Assembly: GCA_947630355.1 (NCBI GenBank)
Contig: CANRHJ010000001.1
Coordinates: 1 to 42,670, forward strand
DNA length: 42,670 bases
Source of the DNA: Candidatus Gastranaerophilales bacterium
GTDB taxonomy: Bacteria > Cyanobacteriota > Vampirovibrionia > Gastranaerophilales > Gastranaerophilaceae
Direction of reading: 5' to 3'
Positions 27,525 through 36,453 of this stretch are shown one piece after another. The notes under the pieces are model-generated. The model saw nothing but the letters and a program-made list of their open reading frames with translations. It searched no databases and was not told the DNA's origin. Made by a program: the position numbers and the translations under genes. Positions within the stretch are counted from its first letter, which is position 1. Each line of letters begins with the position of its first letter.

Positions 27525-29890
27525 TAATTATGTTTTTCATATCAGCTGCTTTAACTTGTTTCTCATCATATTTAATAACTTCATTTTTAATGAAATCACA
27601 GAATAAACAAGATGAAGGAATATTATATTTCTTTCTTATCTGTTTTGCTCAAATAGTTTTAAGCTTTGAAATTTTATCATTGGCACAAGCCATTACCTGC
27701 CGCAATTTCATTATTGCCAACGTAATATTTGTATTAATTTCATTATTTCTAATCCGATTGGGCATAACGAAATCCGATTCAACCGAGACTTGTAATCTTT
27801 CCAGTACGCATAATTTTTCTTGCATATTTTCTAAATATAAATTATATAAACCTAATTTTACGGATGACATAAGAAAGATTAAAAATGCATTAAATCGTGA
27901 TAAGTATTTAAAATATATTTCGTATTTTTTCATATTTTTCTTTATATGCGAAATTGTATTAATGACGATATTTCCGGTATACTACGGGGATGCTATGGCG
28001 TGCTACCTGCCGAGAGTAACCTCTTGGTTCCAGCAAGGAAGTATTAATCATTTCTTCTCACCTGATATAAGAGAAGTTATTATGCCTGTCAACATGGATT
28101 TATTATATCTTTGGTACTTAATGTTCCGCAAAGAAGAAGCAGGAATAGGTATTTTTTCTTTTATTTCTTTCATTTGTTCCATATATACTTTATACCGTTT
28201 ATTGGGCGAGCTGGGATTTTGTACAAGGAAAAAATTGTGGAGCATTTTTGTTTTTGCATCATTTGCAATCATCGGAATAATGTCCGTTATTCCCACCTCT
28301 GATTTGTTTACGGGAACTTTACTTCTTATTTCTTTATACCTTTATTTGATTTCAGTTAAATATTGTCCCAGAAAATTTCGCTCACGTTCCTTATCGCAAA
28401 ATTTTCAAGTGGCAACTTTAAAAGGTGAGCACTTGTACGGCGACGATGAGCGGAATTTCGGACGGATGCAAGTCCGGGTAAGCGAGGGTAAAGCGAGTGC
28501 AAGACGAAGTCGTGCGAGCGGCTATTCCGAGCAAAAAGAAATTTCAAGACAGTCGGCGGAAATGTGCGACACTAGATTAGATAAAAATAATGTATCCTTA
28601 TACATTTCAAGTTTATCATTGGCACTGGCCTTATCAACAAAAACTATAGCTATTATAGCTTGTCCTTCACTTTTATTTGTATTTTTAATAATTTCACTTT
28701 TATACAGAAAACAAACAAGTATAAATTTATTTTTTAAATTCATTATTTTATTTGTTTTAAATTTTCTGATTTTTTCAAGTTACAACTATATTTTAAACTA
28801 TATAGATTATAACAACCCCGCATCGAGCATAGAACACTATATGATACATAAATTTCGCGGCGGATTTAAAGGATATATTTTCAATCTTATTAACTATACT
28901 TTTTTAATTTTCGATTTTTCAGGTATTGATACTATTGATTTTTATAATAATTTTATAACCGATACTTTAAAACACCTTATATCACTGACAGATAAAAATC
29001 CCTATCGTTTTATGTCACCGTTTTTTATGGGATTATACGAATATAATTCAAATTATAATCCGGTTGGCTCAGGGTTGGGTGTTATGGGATTAATAGCTTT
29101 TGTACCCGCTCTTTTCTATACGTTCTTCTCGGGTTTAAAAAAATTTTTTAAATGTCATAAATGTTCCAAAAGCCGTATTATTCTGTTTATGCTTGCTTCC
29201 TTTTTCATATTTAATTTTCTTATTTTCCCTCTCGTTATGGTTTTTATAAAATATAACATCAGATATTTTGTCAATTTCCTTGTTGTTACCTCGCCTATTT
29301 TAGTTTTCACTTATATTAAATCCAATAAGAATTTTTATAAACTATTAACTGTTTTCTTTATTTTCATTTATCTTTTTATAATACCGTTCAGAAATAACTT
29401 ATCATATATATACAGCTACATAACTTTAAAAAAACAAGAAAATTTAATTGATGCTTTTGAAGAATTATTTTCTTTTAGAAACGAAGAAAAAGAAATATAC
29501 AATTTTATAATATCTGAGGATAAATCTAAAAAGTATCTTTTGCTGCAGCTCGGCTTCAAAAACAGAATATTTGATATAGAAAAGCTGAAATTTCGAGGAT
29601 ATGTCATTGATAAACTACCCATTGAAGATATTAAGAATTATGATTTATCCGAATATGACTATATAATTGCAGCAATCCCTGAAATAAAGAATGCAAATAT
29701 TAAAAATCCGAATAATACGGAATGTTATTATGTGGATTATATGAAAAACATCATACCCACAGATAACAAGAATGCCGTTAAAATTGAAGCAAGATGCAAA
29801 ACTCCGATAAAATATTTTGAGCAGCAGGGATTTAACCCCATAACAAACATAATATTGCCGAGCTACTTAATTTTTAAGAAGGCTAAATAA
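27506..29890 (+). CDS. Large polytopic membrane protein, GT-C-fold glycosyltransferase-like (ArnT/PMT_2-like), interrupted by an in-frame hydrophilic GC-rich insert
   Basis: 794 aa, twelve or more hydrophobic helices, aromatic-rich loops and a C-terminal soluble ~190 aa. An alternative start at ATG 27530 just clears the queA stop. The family call is only by general architecture. Confidence 0.5.
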   Translation: MYVYKVIIMFFISAALTCFSSYLITSFLMKSQNKQDEGILYFFLICFAQIVLSFEILSLAQAITCRNFIIANVIFVLISLFLIRLGITKSDSTETCNLSSTHNFSCIFSKYKLYKPNFTDDIRKIKNALNRDKYLKYISYFFIFFFICEIVLMTIFPVYYGDAMACYLPRVTSWFQQGSINHFFSPDIREVIMPVNMDLLYLWYLMFRKEEAGIGIFSFISFICSIYTLYRLLGELGFCTRKKLWSIFVFASFAIIGIMSVIPTSDLFTGTLLLISLYLYLISVKYCPRKFRSRSLSQNFQVATLKGEHLYGDDERNFGRMQVRVSEGKASARRSRASGYSEQKEISRQSAEMCDTRLDKNNVSLYISSLSLALALSTKTIAIIACPSLLFVFLIISLLYRKQTSINLFFKFIILFVLNFLIFSSYNYILNYIDYNNPASSIEHYMIHKFRGGFKGYIFNLINYTFLIFDFSGIDTIDFYNNFITDTLKHLISLTDKNPYRFMSPFFMGLYEYNSNYNPVGSGLGVMGLIAFVPALFYTFFSGLKKFFKCHKCSKSRIILFMLASFFIFNFLIFPLVMVFIKYNIRYFVNFLVVTSPILVFTYIKSNKNFYKLLTVFFIFIYLFIIPFRNNLSYIYSYITLKKQENLIDAFEELFSFRNEEKEIYNFIISEDKSKKYLLLQLGFKNRIFDIEKLKFRGYVIDKLPIEDIKNYDLSEYDYIIAAIPEIKNANIKNPNNTECYYVDYMKNIIPTDNKNAVKIEARCKTPIKYFEQQGFNPITNIILPSYLIFKKAK
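28364..28575 (+). other. Compositionally foreign G+C-rich segment embedded in frame in the membrane protein gene (candidate small inserted element or structured RNA)
   Basis: Hand count of 28421-28540 gives 65/120 G+C (54%) against about 25-30% in the flanks. It encodes the only long charged stretch in the protein (RKFRSRSLSQNFQVATLKGEHLYGDDERNFGRMQVRVSEGKASARRSRASGYSEQKEISRQSAEMCDTRL). It is also open on the opposite strand (28356..28547). The core is bracketed by the imperfect direct repeats GCAAAATTTTCAAGTGGC (28395) and GCAAAAAGAAATTTCAAGAC (28531). Confidence 0.55.
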
Positions 29891-30146
29891 TTCTGTCAAA
29901 ATTAATTCCTGCCTGATTTAAGTTTGCTTCAAACAAATCCGCAGTGCAAGAATTTGTCCGAGAAAATTTAATAATATAAAAAATTCATATATTAGTATGA
30001 AATTTTGTAAAAAAAGCTAAAGTTTAAGTTATAATATGCCGATATAGGATGTATAAGATTTTGCATAAAATCTTAATATAAAATATAATGGTATTATAGT
30101 TTTAAATTCGGATTAAAAAAGATAAAGAAGAATGATAGGATATTAA

Positions 30147-31523
30147 ATGACAGAAGAGAAAAAAACAGATAAAAATGTTTCTGTATACTCACGAAACAAG
30201 ATATCTCTGGAAACAGATCCTCTAGAAGAGATTTTTGCACTAAATTTGGGTGATTTTATATCAGAACATCTTATTTCCGACGAACTTGTTCAAAAAATAA
30301 GTAAAAATAAAACTGATAAAACCGAAAGTTTAAAGAACCAATTAAAAGAACTTATTTCAATATATTCAATAGATAACACATTAAAAATACTGGGATTTAG
30401 CAGCAAAGAAGACTATATAATATATAATGCAATAGCTAAGACGATAAAACAAATGTTTGAAATTGATGCTTGCCATATATTTTTGTCAAAAGAAAACGCT
30501 ATGGGATTGAACACCACTAAAAATGACTTACTTTTAGTAGGTTCATCCTTAAATTTTAAAGATGATATTTATGAAGCTGAAATAGGATACAAACTTAATG
30601 ATAAAAGTTATGTATCGAAAGCATTTAACAAGCAAGAAGTTATAGAAGTAAAAGATTGCAACAATGATGAAGATTTTAAAGCAATTTTACTCTTAAGTGA
30701 AGATAAAGTTAACTATTATTTAGCCATACCTATGTTTAATAATATGGGAAAAGTCGGAGTAATTGTAGTGGAAAATTACACAAATAAACAATTATCCGAT
30801 GAATTTAGAGAGCTTTTGAGTATAACTGCAAGATTATTTGCCACATCAATGACACTTGAGAAATTGACACTCGAAACCGAAGAATTAATAAATGAAGATG
30901 ATGTAACCCTATTGCAATTGCAGAATAATCGTGCGGAATTAACGGCATTAATAGGAGATTTAAGCAGCGAGCAACAATGGTTTGTTGAAAATTTAGCTAA
31001 AGCTGTAGATGCTAAGAGTAATTTTAAAAATAATTATTCACACGATGTTGCGGATTTGGCAAAAGAAATTTCGACATATTTAGGATTAAATGAAAAAACA
31101 AAAGATTTAATTTATTATGCTGCACTGCTAAGAAACATAGGGAAAATAACACTTCCCGAAGAAATTTTTAATAAAAAAGAGAAACTTTCGCAAGAAGATT
31201 GGGAAAAGCTTCAAAATCATCCCAATGTAGGGGTAAGCATATTAATGAGTATAAATTTCTTATCGGAAGTAGTACCGTATATAACCTATCATAAAGAGCG
31301 GTGGGACGGACAAGGTGAACCTGAAGGTTTATCCGCATACAGCATACCGTTGGGCAGCCGTATTATCGGTTTAGCCGATGCTTATAGTGCTTTAACTTCC
31401 GACAGAATTTATCGTAATGCGATGACAAAAGAAAAAGCACTTGATATCATTAAATCGGAAGCAGGCACCAAATGGGATCCCGAGTTAGTTGACGTATTGG
31501 TTAATATAACTTTGGAACATTAA
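30147..31523 (+). CDS. GAF domain + degenerate HD-GYP domain protein (probable c-di-GMP-related signalling protein, catalytic residues partly lost)
   Basis: 458 aa. The C-terminal domain is collinear with HD-GYP proteins, but LLHDIGK is LLRNIGK, HHE(R/K)WDGSGYP is YHKERWDGQGEP, and the rest is retained (NHPNVG, IPLGSRIIGLADAYSALTSDRIYR). The central region has a GAF-like pattern. Confidence 0.8.
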   Translation: MTEEKKTDKNVSVYSRNKISLETDPLEEIFALNLGDFISEHLISDELVQKISKNKTDKTESLKNQLKELISIYSIDNTLKILGFSSKEDYIIYNAIAKTIKQMFEIDACHIFLSKENAMGLNTTKNDLLLVGSSLNFKDDIYEAEIGYKLNDKSYVSKAFNKQEVIEVKDCNNDEDFKAILLLSEDKVNYYLAIPMFNNMGKVGVIVVENYTNKQLSDEFRELLSITARLFATSMTLEKLTLETEELINEDDVTLLQLQNNRAELTALIGDLSSEQQWFVENLAKAVDAKSNFKNNYSHDVADLAKEISTYLGLNEKTKDLIYYAALLRNIGKITLPEEIFNKKEKLSQEDWEKLQNHPNVGVSILMSINFLSEVVPYITYHKERWDGQGEPEGLSAYSIPLGSRIIGLADAYSALTSDRIYRNAMTKEKALDIIKSEAGTKWDPELVDVLVNITLEH

Positions 31524-31916
31524 TTATTTGTTTACCCACAGACCGTGAATATTACAAAGTTCGCGTGCCGTAAAGTTTTCATAATTGCACGGTGCTTTTA
31601 ATTCAAGTTTGGGTTCATCTCCCGCAGTTAAATATTTACGTTTTATATATTTTTTGTCTGATGAAATAGCTTCAATAAATATAATATAATGGCTATCCTC
31701 CATCGGATGCGGAATAGAACCGACTCGTATAATTTTATTTTCGCCTTCTAAAGTCACTATAGGAACATGTTTTTCCTGCATTTCTTCATCCGTTGAATGT
31801 TCCGGCAAATGTTCCATCGGTACGGAACAGCATACAAGCTCGCCGGCTCCGGGATTAATTATTTCCACTATATTCCCGCATATATTACATTTATATATTT
31901 CCAATTTTTCTGTCAT
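31524..31916 (-). CDS. dfx: Desulfoferrodoxin (2Fe superoxide reductase)
   Basis: 130 aa. N-terminal desulforedoxin-like CNICGNIVEI...LVCCSVPM. SOR centre II residues EKHVP, HPMEDSHYI, CNIHGLW. RBS AAGGGGG. Confidence 0.92.
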   Translation of the reverse strand: MTEKLEIYKCNICGNIVEIINPGAGELVCCSVPMEHLPEHSTDEEMQEKHVPIVTLEGENKIIRVGSIPHPMEDSHYIIFIEAISSDKKYIKRKYLTAGDEPKLELKAPCNYENFTARELCNIHGLWVNK

Positions 31917-31982
31917 ATAACCCCCTTTTCAGAAAGATTATAAGTTTAAAAATTGTTTTAATAATCACCTTTTTTGATAATT

Positions 31983-33347
31983 CTATCGATTATAAATTAA
32001 TTTTATAAGTTCATCTTCAAACATTTTTATATCGGTTTGAGGATTTGTAAAGTTTTGAATAACAATTACGGCAGAATAAGTATTTCCGTCTTTAGACTCA
32101 ATATAACCGGCTATAGCGCTTATATTTGATAAAGAACCCGTTTTAAGCCATACACTGCCCCTTAAATCGTACAAACGTTTAGATAAAGTTCCTTCACCCG
32201 GTTGAGCCATAAATTCTTTATACTTATCAAAATCTTTCATCCTATAAAGTTTATTCAAAGCCGATGTAATCCAATCGGAACTTAAAAGGTTATTTCTCGA
32301 AACTCCGCACCCGTCGGCTATTATCATATTATCTAAATTTAATCCTTCTTTTTTATAAAAATCTTTCAGCATTTTAAAACCGAGTTCATCACTGCCCGTT
32401 GAAGAATATTTGTATCCGCCGGCTAATTTATATATCGTTTCGGACATAAGATTATTACTGTTTTGAAGTATATTCCCTATTGTCGAATTCAACGGGTTTA
32501 GTACTTCGGTAATTAATTCCGCATCCGAAGGAACCAATTTTGATGCATACATTGTACCTGATATAATTATTCCGTTATCATCCAAGCACTTATCAAGATT
32601 ATAAATAAAATATCTTCTCATACTGCTGATTGGCAGTTTAAAAGAAAACGGTGCAATTATATCACCTTTAATTTCAACTAATTCAGGATTATTCCAATTA
32701 TAACGATTTATCTCCAGCGAAGTCTTTTTTGCACCTGATTTAATATCCGAAACAACAGACATTGAATAATGCGGTTTCAAGTCTACCCGAACACTTCCGT
32801 CCGAATTTTTTTCCGTATTTGCATCAATAACATTCCCGTCAAGATTATATGCGCTAACCTTTGGCGTATAGGCATTAATATCATCATCCCACATCCAGCC
32901 TTGTGCAAACTCTTTTTTATCCATTACACTGTCATCAATATAAATATTATTGAAAGTTTTAAGTCCTTTTTCTTTTAATGTTGAAAAAGCATGGTGCAGT
33001 TGAGAACTTGTTAAAAGCGGATCGGCACCGAGTTTTATATATAAATTATTTTGATTATCCTTATATAACTGAGTTCTGAACATATAATCACGGCCTAAAG
33101 CATCAATGGCAGGATATGTTGTTATTAATTTCAGAACCGATGCGGGATGTATCAGCTTTTTTGAATTATATTCATACACAACATTATCCGTGTCCGCATT
33201 TTTTATTGACAGCGAAACAGTTGACGTTTCATCAAGCTTAGACTCCTTAATCATCTTTTCTATTTTGCCGGTTGATATTGCGAAACATGAATTCATCGTA
33301 ATAACAGCAATTATTAAAAAAGAACATACATTTATTATTTTCTTCAT
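31983..33347 (-). CDS. dacB: D-alanyl-D-alanine carboxypeptidase/endopeptidase, PBP4 family (peptidase S13)
   Basis: 454 aa with a signal peptide. SxxK in PASVLKLIT, a later SNN-like NSNNLMSE, and KTG in LKTGSLSNISAIAGY. Confidence 0.85.
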   Translation of the reverse strand: MKKIINVCSFLIIAVITMNSCFAISTGKIEKMIKESKLDETSTVSLSIKNADTDNVVYEYNSKKLIHPASVLKLITTYPAIDALGRDYMFRTQLYKDNQNNLYIKLGADPLLTSSQLHHAFSTLKEKGLKTFNNIYIDDSVMDKKEFAQGWMWDDDINAYTPKVSAYNLDGNVIDANTEKNSDGSVRVDLKPHYSMSVVSDIKSGAKKTSLEINRYNWNNPELVEIKGDIIAPFSFKLPISSMRRYFIYNLDKCLDDNGIIISGTMYASKLVPSDAELITEVLNPLNSTIGNILQNSNNLMSETIYKLAGGYKYSSTGSDELGFKMLKDFYKKEGLNLDNMIIADGCGVSRNNLLSSDWITSALNKLYRMKDFDKYKEFMAQPGEGTLSKRLYDLRGSVWLKTGSLSNISAIAGYIESKDGNTYSAVIVIQNFTNPQTDIKMFEDELIKLIYNR

Positions 33348-34156
33348 TTTTTCTCCAATAATTTATAACTACTTTTTGTATCTTTTAAAATAGGCATTTG
33401 TAACCTGTAATTATTCATTTCATCAATATCAAGTACTGCGCTGAGAACTTTTTCCTCTTCTTGCGCCGAAGCAATAATTCTTCCCTTATAGTCCGCAACG
33501 AACGAATTTCCGGAAAAGAAGAAAGACTCATTAATTTTCCCCGTCAAGCAGGCTGAAACAAAATACAATTGATTTTCTATAGCACGAGCCTTTGACAAGG
33601 TAACATACTCATCAACGAAAGATTTGGGCCAAGCAGCCATATTAACAATAAAATCAGCGCCGTTAAAAGCATAAAGTCTGAATAATTCCGGAAATCTTAT
33701 GTCATAACATATTGATATTCCTATATTACCTATATCGGTATGAGCAATAACCCCTCCGTCACCTTCCTGTAAATATCTTCCCTCTGCCTCTCCTCTGTGC
33801 GAAAACAAATGATATTTGTCATAAGTATTTATTATATTACCTTGCCTGTCAAGGATAATACAGGTATTTCTGTCTTTTTCGCCGTTCTTTCTGAGTATTG
33901 AACTCCCGCCTATTATATTCGCATTATATTTTTTGGCCAGTTCTTTTAAAAATTTATATATTTTAGAATCAAATAATTCTTCGGAATACCTGTTAAAATT
34001 TGCACAATCCCAGCCTATCGTCCATAATTCCGGCAGAACAATCAAATCTGCATTTTCATGAGCGTTTTTTTCAAGCAGGCTGCTGACTTTATCCGTATTT
34101 TTATCAATATCCCCCGCAGCTGCTTCTAATTGTACTAAAAATAATTTGACCTTCAT
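33344..34156 (-). CDS. Carbon-nitrogen hydrolase (nitrilase superfamily, omega-amidase-like)
   Basis: 270 aa. Catalytic E-K-C context: VLPELW, YDKYHLF, ISICYDIRFPE, VNMAAWP. Confidence 0.85.
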   Translation of the reverse strand: MKVKLFLVQLEAAAGDIDKNTDKVSSLLEKNAHENADLIVLPELWTIGWDCANFNRYSEELFDSKIYKFLKELAKKYNANIIGGSSILRKNGEKDRNTCIILDRQGNIINTYDKYHLFSHRGEAEGRYLQEGDGGVIAHTDIGNIGISICYDIRFPELFRLYAFNGADFIVNMAAWPKSFVDEYVTLSKARAIENQLYFVSACLTGKINESFFFSGNSFVADYKGRIIASAQEEEKVLSAVLDIDEMNNYRLQMPILKDTKSSYKLLEKK

Positions 34157-34191
34157 ACATAAATTTTATTACAAATTTGTATTGTTATCAA

Positions 34192-34428
34192 TTATTTTAT
34201 AAACGTTTTGACTGTTTTAGCCAATGTATCCAAATATGACAGCGCATTTTTATTTGATGCAATCGCGGATGACATATCTTTTTTTGTAAACTCTTCCAAT
34301 GCCGTAATATTTTTAGAAAAAGAATCGGCAGTTTCTTTGCATAATTGACTAAATTGTGCAGGAATTGCTTCCGTACCTTTTTGTACGGTATTCATTGTTT
34401 TGCTGCTTATCAATTTTAATGCCTGCAT
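34192..34428 (-). CDS. Small helical protein, unknown function
   Basis: 78 aa; RBS AAGGA before the ATG. No TM segment and no recognisable motif. It sits between the nitrilase gene and holB on the same strand. Confidence 0.4.
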   Translation of the reverse strand: MQALKLISSKTMNTVQKGTEAIPAQFSQLCKETADSFSKNITALEEFTKKDMSSAIASNKNALSYLDTLAKTVKTFIK

Positions 34429-34526
34429 TTTCCTTTTCCCTATATTATTAAAAACATTTAGCGTAAATTTTTTGCTTAATTTATTCCGAAAATTTACCTT
34501 TACTGATAAATTTCCTATTGCAAAAT

Positions 34527-35480
34527 TTACCCTGATATTCTTTTTTCAAAGTAAAAGGCCAAATCTTCATATACCATTTGTTCCTTTATATATGATTTTA
34601 GCATTTTTTTTGAATCATTTAACTTTTCTATATCATCTCTGATTATGGTTCTTAATAATTTATTATTATAATTCAGTTTTAGAATTTCTGTCAGGTAATA
34701 CTGAATGGAATTCAAAATATAAATACCGTTCAGATTATTTTGTGTTTGATAATTAAACAAATACAGAGCGAAATCAAGAGCAGTATTTTTTTTAAATAAA
34801 GGATAATCTTTAAAATATTCACTCAGAAATTGTGTATTATAATCCGTTATTTTAACATCAGGCACATAAAAAGCCTGCGAACGGGATACAATAGTTTGAA
34901 TTAAATCATCTTTATTATTTGTAAGGAAAATAAAAGTAACATCATTTTCGGGTTCTTCTATTGACTTTAGCATAGCATTTGCAGCTACGGAGGATAAACA
35001 GTCTTTGTTAATTCCCGACGGAAACCAAATTTCCTCATCATTTCCTTGCGGGGGATTAAATCCGGTTGACTTAAACTCTTTGTATGCTTCTAATTCACCC
35101 TCACTTAAACCGCCTATCTTAGCATCGCAGAATATAAATACCCTATGATAATCAGAACTTCCGAATAAAATATCCAATACATTATTTATTTGTTCTTCCG
35201 ATATAACAGTTTTGCTTGAATCGGTTTTATTATCTATTTTGGATATGGTTATAACTGCAGGATGTTTATTTTCTCGAATCCATCTGCAATTTTGACAATC
35301 ACAATCATCAGCGCCGTCTTTTTGACAGTTTAATAATCTGGCAAGTTCAAGTGCAATCGCATACTGAATATAATTATTCCCGCCGTATAAAATCAGTGAA
35401 TGAAATAATCTATTTCGTTCAGCTGCTGTCTTAAAAAAATTACTTAAATACGGATATTTGAATTCAATTATTTTATTCAT
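34527..35480 (-). CDS. holB: DNA polymerase III subunit delta-prime
   Basis: 317 aa. A degenerate P-loop region LILYGGNNYIQYAIALELARLLNC is followed by the zinc-module-like CDCQNCRWI. Clamp-loader AAA+ layout (SRSQAFYV sensor region). Immediately downstream of holA. Confidence 0.75.
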   Translation of the reverse strand: MNKIIEFKYPYLSNFFKTAAERNRLFHSLILYGGNNYIQYAIALELARLLNCQKDGADDCDCQNCRWIRENKHPAVITISKIDNKTDSSKTVISEEQINNVLDILFGSSDYHRVFIFCDAKIGGLSEGELEAYKEFKSTGFNPPQGNDEEIWFPSGINKDCLSSVAANAMLKSIEEPENDVTFIFLTNNKDDLIQTIVSRSQAFYVPDVKITDYNTQFLSEYFKDYPLFKKNTALDFALYLFNYQTQNNLNGIYILNSIQYYLTEILKLNYNNKLLRTIIRDDIEKLNDSKKMLKSYIKEQMVYEDLAFYFEKRISG

Positions 35481-35481
35481 A

Positions 35482-36450
35482 TTAACCTAACAATGCCAAC
35501 TCCAAGACGGTTTCACCGGATACACACAACCCCGATTTTAACTTATACTCGGCTTTTATAAAATTTCCCCTCAATTTTAATAATCGTTCCAAAGAAATTT
35601 TTTTTATTTTCTCCTGTATTTTCATCGCTACAAATTCATGAACACGCAAATTTGAAGCTATCTCTTTAATATTATACTTCTTTTCGTAGTTTTTTATATA
35701 AATAAATTTTCGGAAATTTTCCTGAAGAATTGAAAAAATTTCAAGCGGATGATGCCTGTCAGTCAACAAATTATATTGTTTTAATACTTCATCCTTTTTT
35801 CCCTGAACTATTAAATCCGCAAGAATAAAAATATCTTCGCTTGAAGTGCAATAAGTGCGGACGTCCTCTTTCGTTACAGCCTTATTCGGATATATGGCAA
35901 TCTTTAATTTTTCCAATTCGGAATTTATTAAGGTCAAATTAGAACCTAATTGTTCTATCAGCATTGAAACTATATCGGATGTTAATTTTAAGTCAATGTC
36001 TTTTGCCATCGCCATAATTTGATTATTTAGTTCTTTTTGATAAGTTTTATATTGAGCAAATTCTTTAACCAAAGAATATTTAGAAATAATTTTATAAATT
36101 TTTTTTCTTGAATCGGGCTTTTTATTCTCGTCACGCGGAATTTTACAAACAAAAACAATATTAACATTATCGGATAATGTTTTCAGGGAATTTTCAAAAG
36201 CAAGAAGCTGTTTATCATCTAAACTCAATTTATTACCGATAAAATATTTATCAATATGAATTATATTAAGCGTATTTCCAAACATTAAAGGCGATGAGCA
36301 TAAAACATCAAGCAAATCATTGAATGCGGGATTGTTAAAGACTTTATACCCCATAGAAGCGAAAGAAGAATCAAGAAGCTCACCCTTAAGCTTCCTGATT
36401 TCTTTTTCGATTAAAAATTCTTCTTGTCCGTAGAATAAAAAAACAGCCAT
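35482..36450 (-). CDS. holA: DNA polymerase III subunit delta
   Basis: 322 aa. The N-terminus VFLFYGQEEFLIEKEI..LK and the overall length and helical C-terminal domain are typical of HolA. Confidence 0.75.
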   Translation of the reverse strand: MAVFLFYGQEEFLIEKEIRKLKGELLDSSFASMGYKVFNNPAFNDLLDVLCSSPLMFGNTLNIIHIDKYFIGNKLSLDDKQLLAFENSLKTLSDNVNIVFVCKIPRDENKKPDSRKKIYKIISKYSLVKEFAQYKTYQKELNNQIMAMAKDIDLKLTSDIVSMLIEQLGSNLTLINSELEKLKIAIYPNKAVTKEDVRTYCTSSEDIFILADLIVQGKKDEVLKQYNLLTDRHHPLEIFSILQENFRKFIYIKNYEKKYNIKEIASNLRVHEFVAMKIQEKIKKISLERLLKLRGNFIKAEYKLKSGLCVSGETVLELALLG

Positions 36451-36453
36451 AAA

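Noticed and set aside
28440-28470. Hammerhead-ribozyme-like CGATGAG...GAA words in the GC-rich insert
   Set aside because: The sequences flanking the GATGAG word do not form the required stem II/III pairings (CGG...CGG is not complementary). There is no convincing three-way junction.
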